Of a stretch of 64,000 nucleotides of DNA, positions 27,317 to 40,200 are shown piece by piece. The DNA is taken from positions 10,284,856-10,348,855 of the forward strand of contig NW_003526941.1 in the NCBI RefSeq assembly GCF_000181795.1, written 5' to 3'. A program made the translations under genes and the position numbers. The notes under the pieces are model-generated. The model ran no database searches and was not told the DNA's origin. It saw nothing but the letters and a program-made list of their open reading frames with translations. The stretch comes from Trichinella spiralis (Eukaryota). Each line of letters opens with the position of its first letter. The stretch's first letter is position 1.

Positions 27317-30300
27317 TCAACTGTGTAGAAAATCACGACTAGGGTAAATGCTGTGCGTACGATTGTGCGCTGGTGGTTTAGCTTTACATGTATGCACGTC
27401 AACTATTTCAGTGCACATTTGGCATTCCACTCTGCAGCACCAAATGAATTTACACTAAAAGAAAAAACTTTTAATTAATAAAAATAACAATGCATATTTT
27501 TAAAAAAATTTATATGATAAATTTGAATTAATTTTTTATTATATTTTCCATTTTTATTTCAGCATTACTGCAGTGTACGGATTTGTGTATAATAATATAG
27601 CTAACTGAGTAGCAACTTTATTTCATCATGTCGACGTGTAACATTTCGATTATCATTATAATGAAGACCACATTGTTTGGGTAGTTTTACTAAAATCTGC
27701 ATAGTACATGCTAATTCAAACAGTCGTTACCTGAAAATTTCTTAAGCAAATTTGCAAACTGAGATAATAGTGTTTTCTTTTTTCTATTACAAATTTGCAG
27801 TGATTACCTATCTAATATATCAGGGCGAAAAGTAAATTAGCTCATTTTCAGATCAAACTTAGCTTGTATGTATGTATATATATAGAGTAGTATGAAGCTG
27901 AAAATTGGAAAACTAGCAAGAAGTTCCATTTAAATACGTTGAAATGAGCTATGCTTTATTCGGTGCATTTTGTGGACTAATTAATTTTAAAAACTGGTTT
28001 CATCGTTATTAATATTTTTTGGCGTTTCAACAGGTCGGGTCAGGAGAAATAAATCTGATTATTTGAAGTGCTGCTACAAATATTCGCATGCGCGTACACA
28101 CACAGCAACTACAACTGGGTAATGCATGCAGGTCAGATAAAGTCATTAACATACCGGAAATGCTTTACCTGTACTACCTATCACAGATTGAGGTTAATCT
28201 TTTAGTCAGCAGTTTCATTTATTCATAAAAATAAGGTAGTAATTTGCAACTGATAAATTAATGAAATTTACATGCCGTTTAATATTTTTGTTTTTGAATT
28301 GGAATAAATTGTAAATATTAAAAATTAATAAAAAGCGAACATACGTTGCACTTGTAATAACGTCGAACACTGGTGGTGTCGTAGCCGCGTCCACAGCACA
28401 TAATATCACAACCATCCTGGCCTGTGGATGTTCTATTGCACTGACGTCCTGCCGTGCCTAGAGAACCTGTAAAACAGATAAAGTGTAAATTGAAATTAGA
28501 GCGAAAACAAATGCTGAGATTTTGCCTGTTCGAATATCCGCTTCGCAGTAGTCAGGCGACGGTTCGAAATAAACAAGCTCAGCTCGGTTGATGCGTTTGC
28601 GTTGGAATAGTGCCGCTTTGGGCCCATATAAAAAATCATACCGTCGATGGTCAGCCGGTATTAGCCCTTCTCCGTTCGGATTAACCGTAACCTAGGATTG
28701 AAAATTTTCAACCGGAAAGGGAAGGGTAATTTATCAACAGACTCATCGATTCCTTTTTTACCTGAAGTGCTTCGTGATATTTGTCCGCCAAATCGGCACC
28801 AATGATGCTCAGATGTGGCAAAGCACGCCAACACGTACGTGTGGCGCAAGATCCAGATACACCATGACATTTGCACTGGATTTTTAAATTTCTTTTAACA
28901 GCCTTGTAAATAAATTAATAAAGAAAAATCGACATTTTCTCGACATCTAAGTCTGCATACCTTGCGGCCAGCTCGATTGTTGTGTAAATTCATCAGAGCA
29001 CGGCCATCACGGGATCGTCGGTCTTTGGAATCGATGAACTTTCTTGCAAAACTTATAGCATAAGGCAGATTATCTGAACAACCACCCCAGCTAAATTCAC
29101 CTTGTGAATCTTGACCACGACCAACGCGGCGCCTATCGCATGAACAATCGCTGATCTGGCTTGTACTGCAACTTCTCGCTATGGAATGCACCACACTCGC
29201 GGTTGAAATCGAATATACAAACGCCGCTTCTCGACTCCCCACTGCAAAGCAGAATAATTGAAATTGAGATTGCTTAAATTCAGCTTAGATCACTTGGAAA
29301 TCAAAGGAGATGGTTTTAAAATTTCAGAAGAAGAAGAAACAATTTCCGCCGCTCAGTTAATTAATCGTAGATTGAAATATTGCTAATTGTGGAAGAAAAG
29401 AAAATTTCCTTTTCTATCACATGCAACCAGCTTAGCTAGCACTTTTTTTCCTAAAATCGTTGCTCTTTTCCAGTTGATTGTTTTTCACTACCGGTGACAG
29501 AATAATTGCTTTATTGCATTGCTGCAAAGGTCGGTATTTTTTGCGCGATTGTTACGAAACAAAGGCAACCGAACGTCCTGGGTGGCTGCTTTTGAAGCTC
29601 ACCGTCTAATTGACTCAAGTTTCGGGTCAAAAGGTCAGCTAATAAAAGAAGTTAAGTGAAAAAATTGACAAATAAAGCTTCTGAACAAGCCGACTTTTAT
29701 TACTTTGCATTCTCTTTCTCATTTTTCATTATTCTCCACTTTTGTACGGCAGCCGCACATTATCTCTTCTTGATTCTGGAATAATTGTGACATTTCAGTA
29801 TTTATTTGTGTCGAAAGGTGAATGTGGGAAACGGTTGAGGATTTATTTCAATTTTTTCCCCATCTTTCAAATCGTACAACAAACATACACTACGTATAAT
29901 TTCGTATGCATTAATGATTTCCTTTTATCATGTACCCTCGGGCAATTTGATCGCAGCAATCGTTATTCTGCATGCTCTTAATTTTGTAATTTAAATGAAT
30001 AGCAAAAGATCAAGCTACTTTCAGCAAACAAATAAAGCGAACGAGGAGATGAAAATAAGCGTTTCACTTTTGTCAAAGCAAACAACAAATAGCAATAAAT
30101 TGCTAAGGAAACTACCACATGCAGACCAGTTTATACAGCCCTTTGAATTCAAAGCATAATAATAAGCGGCCTGAATGTGTTTTGTGTCGTCGGATAAAGG
30201 TGTAAAATAAACGAATGGAAAAAAATTGAACACCAAATACTAACAAAGTGCAAAGTTGAAATTATTCCATATTATTACTTTGTAAATGTCATTACAGCTT

Positions 30301-30917
30301 GATGTATTTATTATAATAATTGTGAAAATGGAACTTTTGAAACGAGACAAAATTTTATTGTTGAAACGTATATATGTAAATGACGCTTAAGAGATCAACT
30401 GATTCTGTATCCTTTTTTTTAATTAAGAGTTTGGGGGGAGGGTTAGATTAGAAAGTAATGTAAAGAGAGAAAAATATATAATACACTACTTACATTTGAG
30501 CATAATTCGACCAAATCCCCCTCCTTCAACTGTGGTGCAATTCCATCTGTATCCGGCAAATTGGGTTTGACATTCTGCTACACCTCGACGTATACCATCT
30601 GAAATGGCTTTCATCACATCTGGATGAAGTTGGCATAGTCGTCGTTGGCGACGCCCTAGGCCAGGTATGAGGTCGCACAAGGCTGGACTGGAGCCGCTCA
30701 CAGCTGACATTTGCATTTGTGACATGAGCCTGAAATAAGGTGATAAGTGAGAAAGTTTTAAAAAAATTCATCGATGATCATTAAGCTATCAATACCACCA
30801 AGCGCTAGCTTGTGCCAGACAGCCGGTGCAGAGGAGACTGATGATGAGCAAACGTAACCATTTGACCATGGCCGGTGAGGACAGCACCGATGAGTCGGAC
30901 ATGAGTCGAATCCACAT
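27317..30917 (-). CDS. WNT2: Wnt ligand, Wnt2 subfamily, 7 exons
   Basis: Exons 30917-30796, 30729-30494, 29241-28961, 28902-28762, 28691-28526, 28466-28345, 27454-27317. Signal peptide ending [87 protein letters not shown] (acylated Ser), CKFIWCC..DVHTCKA. The start may be the later ATG at 30869. Confidence 0.92.
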
Positions 30918-33900
30918 GGACGAACGACGACAGCCTGCTCAGAGGGTGAACACTGCGTTCAAGACAGTACGCTAAATAATGATTGGATACCAAACAGACC
31001 GCCGTCAGTGCTGATTGGCCAAAGGCACCGATGGCGCCTGTCCGGCGAAATTGGTCGTAAAAGGCGGCGGCCAGGCGGCTGCTTTTGTCCGTTTGGTTTT
31101 AGAAAGCATGCCATGGAGTCGTAATGGGCGACATAAATCACGTGCCGTGGTCGAGGGCACCATTTGTGGCACGTATCCTGCGTCTTTTTTTCCATTTCTT
31201 TTACGACGGTCTTTGTCAATTTTGCAAGCCCGCGCAGATGGCCTCCAGGATGCTAAACAGAGAGTATTCGCTATTTTGACTGGATTTTAAGAGTTTTTAA
31301 ATTTTAAGACTTCCAATTTTCTTCTTCTTTGTCTTTTTCATTTTCTTCACTGCACTTCATCTATCAGTCCTAATTATTACTCCGCTTATTAGTAATATTT
31401 CTATTTTTATTTATCCTATTGTTGTTTCAAATTTGGATTCAATGTTTCTTTGTTTCTTTCTTTCTTTCTGAACATGTAAAATCCAAAGCATGAATGCTTC
31501 GTTGGTGGTAAGCATCGGCCCGGTGAAGGTCGACTTGAAATTTCAGCTTCTGACAAGCTGTCAGACAACGTGGCGCCGGTGAATTGCTTTACGACTAGCT
31601 GGAAAAGGGCCGCCGCTTCGGCTAGGTCGCCCGAAAATTGGAGGTCGTTCGACACTGACTTTTCCGACAAAGACCTTTCAGACATGCTGGCGTAGTATCT
31701 TGCACGCATTTATTGACCTGGATGACAAAAAAAGTCGAGCCAAAAAGGAATAACTGCCTTTCCGCATTTGGCAGAGGGGGAGAAAAAGCAAACCTGCCAA
31801 GCTCAACGGGAGACTCGACCTTGTCTAGTGGAGTTTGTTTTTTTGTGTGTGTTTTTTTTCCCGAAAGCTTTTTTGTTCATTTTACCGGTCCGTGTTTTAA
31901 TAATTTCGCTTGTCCATCTACTTTTGGGCATGTGAATTTAATTTAGCATATGTAAATTTTCAAATATATTTTCTAAGCTTGTGATCAATGCAAATGAACA
32001 ACACCCCGTTCGCCCGCAAAGTGAAAAAATATCGCACAAATAGGAATTTATTTAGGCAAATTTTGTTCAAATACTCTTTTCAATTATCATCGTGTGGTTT
32101 TGATTTTGACGATTGAAATTTATCGGAAAGGAAGTTTTAAATTTTCACAGACAACAGAAATTGTATTCAGCAATTCAACTTCCGCTTTGGCTGAAAAGGG
32201 CAATAATTATTGAACTGTATTATTAGAATTAATTTGAGAATTAGAAAATATTAATTTATTAATTGAATTAGTTTGTTTATTATATTTAAATTCTATTCAA
32301 AAATGACAACAATTATCAAAATAAAAGAGGGATCAAAATGATTGTCAGTATTGTCGTTTTTTCTACAGTACTTTTGATGTGAAATTATTTTTTTTGTTTT
32401 GTTTTTTCGTTGCAATGGAAATTGATGATGGGAAAATTTGTGAATGTTCAAAGTTGAAAATTAGTGTTGTGTAAAAATAGTTGAATTGTGTTAATGATGA
32501 GTTGGGATGTTGAAATTAGCTTCATTTTTAGCAAACTGCAGTGCAATAGCAATTTGTGATTTGGAGAAAACTTGAAAATATAAATAATTTGTGCAAATAT
32601 TTGTATTGTGTTTAAGATTCGCTTTTCAAGTGTTGTCTAGCGTTGATTTTGAATTTTAATACTTCAATATTCCCATTTGGTCATTTGGCAAACGCAACGG
32701 AAAAGTTACTTTTCTCAAATCAACAAAAAAGCAAATGCTAAAGTTATTATCTTTCGATAAAAATTTTTTACATGAAGTAAAAAATATTTTGAATAAATTC
32801 TTTTTGCTCAGTTAATAATTTGAAGTAGCGGAAAAGATTGTTCAGCTGCATAGATAGCAGCAGCTGTTGATGTGAAATATCCATTTCACATGGGGTCATT
32901 TTTGCATTGTGCTTTAATAATAGAAAAAAAGTGACAAATCATCATAATCATCACTGCTGGGTACTTTGTGTTTTTTCTTCTTTTCTTTCTATTTTTATTT
33001 ATTATTATTTATGATTTCCTATTGCTCTTGTATAACAAATAGGCTGCTTGATCAGTTGAGAGCTGTGTCGTTTGATTATTGTCGTCAATTATTATTATTA
33101 TCTGCACAACTTTGCCATTTCTTTTTTTTCACGTGACAATTTAATATCCACCTCTTCCTGGTAATTTTTCTTTCAATCTCAGGTTGTAATTTTTAATTTT
33201 TCAAAATAGGTTCTGTTTTCTTGAATGAAAAATCAGTTTGCAACTTTTTTTTGAATGAAATCAGAAAAGCTGCTACGTATAAGCACATACACACACACAC
33301 AAGCACGTATTACGTCATTTTTATTTTCAAATGTTGATCCAAGTCCTTGTTGGGTAATTTGGCTTTTATTTGCAAACATATGCAGAGATGTGACCTGTTT
33401 TGAATAAGAAAATATTTTTGCTAAATTTGACGCTGAGGCTGTTGTTGTCCAAGCAGTTTGCTGTTTGCTTGGATGCAGTTGATGGATAGTTTGGTGAAAT
33501 TATTGTTGTGATGAGCAAGCTGCATTTGCCAGTTTTGTTGGAAAAGAAGCGAAGAAAATGCGGGCCGGATAAATAGCGTCGTATTATTATTAATATTATT
33601 ATATTTGACTAATGTGCCGTAGCCAAACTGCCGGCAAAATGTGCAATGAATGGTTTTATCGTTTTGTCGATTGTGTCGCGTTGTTTACTTCCGTTCGAAT
33701 CACCAACAGAGCGGAGGCAAGCCGCTTTTGCTTTGTGCTTCGCATTGGATGTTCTTGGCCGGCCGTGTATGACGAGTGTTGTATAGCGCTTTTGTGTTGC
33801 TGACAATTTCATCCCGTGGGTGTAGCGCACAAAAAAACTCTTTACCAATTTAAATCCAGTTTAAAGTGTAAAGAAAAACGAGAACCATCTTCACTTTTCA

Positions 33901-34540
33901 ACGTATTTTCTTGTTTAATGGTGTTTCATTGCTTACAGTACTGACCAATGGAGAAGAAAACAAAAATTAATTATTCAAATTATTCTGCATTCAAACAATT
34001 CAACAAATGTTCAACTTTATGTTAAAATTCAAAAAGAACTTCCTGTTAAAAATTTGCATAACATGCACAATTTATCAATTTGTATAATTTGATTTCATTT
34101 CAATAGATTATTTGTGGAGGAAGTAATATTTATTTTTCATCATTACTTTCTCACTTTTTTGTTTAAACAAACAAGAAATTCAATCATACCTGTATTTGCA
34201 CTCAGTGAATCATTCAATTCGTATTTATTATATATATATTCACCTGTGTACAATTTTAACTTATTTACACAATTGCAAAAAATTTTCTCTTATTCAATTT
34301 TTTTCATTTTCAGTAATACTGTTGCTGTTCAAACTGATTAACAAATGTAAATTTTTCCATTGTCTTTCATTTCAACATCAATATTGCTAGTTGTTGGTGT
34401 ATTAGTAGTATAATTTTCACACTGTTCGTTCGTAAACAAACAAACAATCCACCAAGCGAAGAGACACTAAAGAGAAGGTAGTCTGAAAAAACAATTTTAA
34501 TATATATCCTTGAAAAAAGTGAACTTATGAATGCACATTT

Positions 34541-36328
34541 TCAAGACCACACTTCCTGTTGCAATTGTTTACTGGTGACCATTTTTTTCAAATAAGCATC
34601 TGCTTTTTCTTCGCTCATCGAGCCTTCTTCGACGAGTATCTGCTTCAAGGTTTCGATTACTTGAGTCGGCATGGAATTAGCATTGCCACAGATGTAAACA
34701 ATAGCGTCTTTCTCAGTTAAAAGTTTGTAAATGGTCGGCGCTTGTTGACGTAGAAGATGTTGAACGTAGATTTTTTCCCTCTGATCTCTGGAAAAAGCAG
34801 TATACAAGCGAATATGGCCAGATTTTGCCATAGTTTCAAACTCTTTTTCGAATAAATAATCTTTCAGTCGATGTCGACAACCAAAAAATAACACATTTGT
34901 CGTATCGATCTTTCTCGCCAGTCGATATCGTAGAAAGCTTCGCAAAGCGGCCACGCCTGTACCAGGTCCGATCAGTATTGTCGGCCGATCTGCGGCTGGA
35001 AACACCAAAGATCCGTGCTTGATGGTGACCGACAGTCGATGACCAGCATGCAAACGTTTAAGCCAATTGGAACATAGACCGAGTCGATCAGAGGAGATTT
35101 GGGTTCGGTAACGAACCACCGCGACCACAATTTCCACTTGTCGATCGAGCTGAGCAGAAGAGCAGATGCTAAATGGGCGTGGCTTAATTTCACCCAACAA
35201 ATCGAACCAGTATTCCAACGGCACGTTGCGAGCCGTTTCTGGAAATTCGGATAATACCTCAACAACAGTACGCCTTGGACGATTGCAATAATTGTACAAA
35301 TCGTCAATACCATCCGGCGAGGCGAACGATTGTAATTTTTCCCTGTGCAATTCAGTGGCGGCAAATAGTGAGAAGAGTTTGAAAAAATTGCACCCCGGCA
35401 CTGCTTGCAAATCGAAAACGTTCGAAATCAAATGACGAAATGTCAGCACCGGGGAGATGCGCTGCAAAGTTTCCAAAATTGGCGTACCAGGGAAAGCTGG
35501 CTGCAAGTAGAATGGACGATCCAAATGTTCCATTTGAACCGTGTCGTGAAAGAGTTGGACACTTTCGTCCAAATTAGCTGGTCTAACCCAAACCACATCA
35601 CCGGGCAAGTAGGCAACTGATGGTTTCAATTCAAACGATATTAGCCTGACATCTTGGAAATGATCTTCGGCGGTGATGCGTCGATTTTCCACAACTTCAG
35701 CTTCCACCGGCTGGCTCTGCTCGTCACGTTGGGATTTTTCACACATTTCCCCCACACAACGGCACTGATCCTGCCATATAATGTTGAATCGATTCTGCAA
35801 AGATGTTTCCGCTTCGGTCGGTTGATGAACATTCGGATACAGTTGGTGGAATTCAGTCCAGAAATTCTTTTTCCAAACACTCACCACACTTTCATAGCCC
35901 AACGGATGTTGATCGTCTGCCAAGCCAACGTCCAACAATCCCTTCGCACCGAGCTGAATCAGACGAGCGTGCAGCTTGCGAGCAGCATAGTTGAAATTGC
36001 TGTATTTCGAATCGCCCAGTCCAAGCACCGCCACTGTCCACGAGTTCAAAAAATCCGCACTCAAATGCCGATTTAGCAACGACCGCCAAAATTTTTTCAT
36101 ATTATCCGGCGGATCACCTTGACCGGTGGTCGAGCAGACGAAAAGAACAGTCTGTTTCACTTTTGCACTGGCGGACAAGTCGTAATCGTCCATTGTACCT
36201 AGATGCAAGCTAACATCCCTGCGCAGTACCGCCTGGCGCCATATCCACACCGCGACGTCTTCAGCATTTCCAGTCTGGCTGCCATACAGGATCGAAAGCC
36301 GTGGCAGATCTTCTTCATCAGATGGCAT
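34541..36328 (-). CDS. NDOR1: NADPH-dependent diflavin oxidoreductase 1 (Tah18/NR1), single exon, 595 aa
   Basis: Flavodoxin motifs LYGSQTGNAED, STTGQGDPPDNM and GLGDSKY; FAD motif PRPFSICSS; GPGTG, FFGCR, AFSRDQ and CGNA NADP-domain motifs; terminal EVWS. There is no N-terminal membrane anchor, unlike POR. Confidence 0.96.
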   Translation of the reverse strand: MPSDEEDLPRLSILYGSQTGNAEDVAVWIWRQAVLRRDVSLHLGTMDDYDLSASAKVKQTVLFVCSTTGQGDPPDNMKKFWRSLLNRHLSADFLNSWTVAVLGLGDSKYSNFNYAARKLHARLIQLGAKGLLDVGLADDQHPLGYESVVSVWKKNFWTEFHQLYPNVHQPTEAETSLQNRFNIIWQDQCRCVGEMCEKSQRDEQSQPVEAEVVENRRITAEDHFQDVRLISFELKPSVAYLPGDVVWVRPANLDESVQLFHDTVQMEHLDRPFYLQPAFPGTPILETLQRISPVLTFRHLISNVFDLQAVPGCNFFKLFSLFAATELHREKLQSFASPDGIDDLYNYCNRPRRTVVEVLSEFPETARNVPLEYWFDLLGEIKPRPFSICSSAQLDRQVEIVVAVVRYRTQISSDRLGLCSNWLKRLHAGHRLSVTIKHGSLVFPAADRPTILIGPGTGVAALRSFLRYRLARKIDTTNVLFFGCRHRLKDYLFEKEFETMAKSGHIRLYTAFSRDQREKIYVQHLLRQQAPTIYKLLTEKDAIVYICGNANSMPTQVIETLKQILVEEGSMSEEKADAYLKKMVTSKQLQQEVWS

Positions 36329-37231
36329 TTTGCAACTTTCGGCAGTGGAATTTGAAAAGATGCAAAAAATTTTCCTCTTATTTGAAAAACAATAATAAGA
36401 ATAATTATTAATACAAAATTCATCGAAACATCTTTTTTGTCACACACCAGTTTGGCTTTTTTTACTGTGGCCGTTCAACATCAACATTAACGAAAACGAG
36501 TGGGATTCATTTCAATTCAGTATTTAAAATATTACAGGGAAACAATTATTGGAAAAAATCAAAATGAATTTCATTTAAATTGTCAGGCAAGGTGAAAAAT
36601 TCAACTGTCTTCCCATCTACAGTCAAAGTTAATCAAGTGTTATTCGAGTGATACAGTATGTAAAGAATTATTCTTTGTTTTTTTTGCACGAGATTTTGTG
36701 AAAAATATTTTTAACTTGTGAAAATTAACATATTTAGATATTTTAATTGTTTTATTCAAAATTTTAAAAGTACAATAGAGGTTACAAACTTGCTTTTCTT
36801 TGAGAACTGTACTAATACACACAGCGAACGTGTTCATTTTGTCTGTATGAAAGTACTGGTTGAAATGTCGTCTACAATTTCACTGATGCGCAAGGTTTTG
36901 TTCTTTATTATACAAATTATTTTTATTCACTATTATGAAATTTGTTTTTCTTTTGTCCATTTACATATTGAGAAAGTTTATTTTCTATTTACGGTTATGT
37001 TATTATGGTTTTTTCTTGTGTTTGGGTTCGGTGTTTTATCTTTTATTTGATAGTATTTATTAAATTAGCTGAAATTTAAATCAGAATTACACGAAAACAA
37101 ATTATATCAGTTAATTATGCAATTTTTTTAAATTCAGTTGAAATAATGTTAATTCAGTGAGTTTTTCTATTTTTGAATGTATTTTTGATATTTAGTAAAA
37201 GGTAAATTCTGGTGTTTGTTGTTTAAAAACA
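36329..37231. promoter_or_regulatory. Divergent intergenic region between NDOR1 and COPG (candidate bidirectional promoter)
   Basis: Two housekeeping genes are head-to-head with start codons about 900 bp apart. No specific motif was identified. Confidence 0.4.
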
Positions 37232-40200
37232 ATGTTGGCTTTGAAAAAAGACAAAAAAGACGAAGAGTCTCATTCAGGTGCTTATTTTACAAGCAACTGT
37301 GATAGAACAACCGTTCTTCAAGAGGTTCGCGGTTTCACTTTTGCTTTTGTTTGAAGAGAATTTGTTTAATATCCAATTCAGGCTAGACAGTTTAATGAAA
37401 CACCGATAAATGCACGCAAGTGTTGTACAACGTTGACGAAATTGCTCTATCTTATCAGTCAAGGGGAGCAGCTAAGTCGAAAAGAAGCGACGGATGCATT
37501 TTTTTCAATAACCAAATTATGGCAGTCAAATGATGTAGTACTTCGGCGACTTGTATATTTAACAATCAAAGAACTTGCCTCCCTTGCTGACGACGTTATA
37601 ATTGTGACAAGCAGGTAAATATTCCATATTTATTTTGTATTCAATTTTGCATAAGGAAAACAAAAAAAATCTTGAGTGACTGTTATGATTGTTATGCCAA
37701 ATGTAATAAAATATTGTAGTTTGACAAAAGATATGACTGGTAAAGAAGACATTTACCGCGCTTCGGCCATACGTGCTTTATGCAAAGTTACTGATGTAAG
37801 ATGCTTTATTTATCTATTATTCTTATTTAATAATTAGATGGTAATTTATTTGTAAAAAATTTTTTTCAGTTTTATTTAAATTATAATTTGAGAAATATTA
37901 ACTGTGCTTATTTATTATTTTTCATGTATATTTTTGTTTTGTTTATCAATGTTATTTTTTTCTGCTCGTAGAGTACAATGCTGCAAGCTATTGAACGTTA
38001 TATGAAACAGGCTATTGTCGATCGCATTCCTGCCGTTGCCAGTGCGGCTCTCGTTTCAACTTTAGTAAGATGCATTACAGTAATCAATTTACCGTATTCT
38101 TTTGAATTAAAAATTTTTTTTTAATTCTTGTGCAGTATTTGATGAAAAAAAATCCTGATTGCATTCGAAGATGGACTAGCGAAATTCAAGAAGCGACAAA
38201 TTCCGATAATCCAATGATTCAGGTATGGATTTGTAAATTCAATAAAAGCTGATAAAAGATTGGTGGATTGACATTTTATTTATTTATTTATTTAAACATT
38301 TTATTTTTGCTTTTTCTTTGTTTATTGTTGTTTACTTCTGAAAATTGTGTGTGATTTTCAATGATTGTTTTCAATGGTCGTTTAGTTTCACGGTTTGGCT
38401 GTTTATTATGAAATGCGGAAAAATGATCGACTATCCGTTGTGCAATTGGTTCAGAAATACAGCAAGCAGTGCTCAAGATCTGCATTTGCATTATGTTATT
38501 TGGTATTGTTGTTATTTTAGATGATTTTTATTTTCTTGATTTTGTTTCAGTTTTGTATATATATTTTTTCCAGATACGCATAGCGTTGAAATTGATAGAA
38601 GAAGACGAAAAAGGGTGTGTGAGATTATTGGTTTTTTTTATCATTGCATTATTATTATTATTATTGTTGGTTTAATTTTAAAGTAGAGACACTGGTACAT
38701 TGTTGGATTTTGTGGAATCGTGTTTACGTCACAAGTCGGAAATAGTTGTATACGAAGCTGCATCGGCTTTGCTTCGTCTGCCGAATATCACGAGCAAAGA
38801 ATTGTCGTCGGCCATATCCGTATTGCAATTGTTTTGTTCCTCTTCGAAAGCAGCATTGCGGTTCGCAGCCGTTAGAACATTAAGTTCGGTAAGTTGTACC
38901 AGTTGTTTGTTTGTTTGCTTGCTTGCTTGTTGATTTTATTGTGTTCAGGTAGCCGGAATTTATCCAGCTGCGGTTGCGGCTTGTAATGTTGATTTGGAGC
39001 AGCTGATATCGGATCAGAATAGAAGCATCGCTACGTTGGCTATAACCACATTGTTGAAAACCGGCGCCGAAAGTTCCGTGGATCGTTTGATGAAGCAGAT
39101 CAGCAGTTTTGTATCCGAAATAAGCGACGAATTCAAAGTTGTAGTGATTGACGCGGTTCGGTCACTTTGTGTTCGTTATCCCAAAAAGAGCACCGTACTT
39201 TTATCATTTTTGTCAAACATGCTTCGAGACGAAGTGAGCAATTTAATTTTTAAAAAAATGTTTAATGTTGAAAAAAATGCTGTTTTTTTTATTACAGGGA
39301 GGATTTTTGTATAAAAAAGCCATTATTGATACGATTGTTTGGATAATTGAAGAAAATGACGAAGCCAAAGAGCCAGGTAAAAAGAGATTCTACGAGGCGG
39401 AAGCAGTGGATAATTTGAATTTTATCTCTTCTGCAGGTTTGGTGTATTTGTGCGAATTTATTGAAGACTGTGAGCACGTGACTTTGGCGACGAAAGTGCT
39501 GAACTTGCTCGGTAAAGAAGGTCCCAAGTGTTCCAATCCCAGAAAATATATCCGATTCATATTCAATCGTGTCCTTCTGGAACCGCCCCCTGTTCGAGCA
39601 GGTAATACTAATAATAATCCGTATGAAAAGAAGAATATTATGATACGTTTTTTTTTCTCCACTACTTTAGTGATAATTAAAATAATAATTTTGTTTTGTT
39701 CTGTTCTGTTAGTTGCTGTGACAGCGATGGCAAAATTTGGTGTATGCCAATCTCTGCGTGCGGACGTTGTCACTTTGTTGCAGCGATGCTTGCTAGATTC
39801 TGACGACGAAGTGCGTGATCGGGCTACATTTTATTCTGTATTATTTTCCACGAACAATTTGAAACTTTACAACGAATTAATTACCGGCAGTAATATATAT
39901 ATATAAACATTTTTTATATAATTTTTTTCAAATTATAATAAATTTATTCAATCCTAGATTTGAATGTTTCACCGTCGTTGTTGGTTCGCGCGTTGAGAGA
40001 ATATTGTTCTTCTTCTTCACCAAAATTCGAACCGTTCAATTTGAACTCAGTTCCACAAAGTCCACTACCAATCGGTGTTCAGCGGAAGCCGAGTAATGTT
40101 TCTTTTTTTTTAAATATTGTTTATTTGTTTGTTTGTTTTTGCATTTCAACAAATGCAACAATGCTTTTGATGACAGGCTTGACTGTTGATGTCGTGCCAG

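Noticed and set aside
31416..31709. 97-aa minus-strand ORF upstream of Wnt2
   Set aside because: No homology and no splice link; an in-frame stop lies just before the Wnt2 ATG, so it is more likely regulatory DNA.
33615..33705. tRNA- or SINE-like A-box and B-box resemblance
   Set aside because: No cloverleaf can be built and no second copy is seen in the window.
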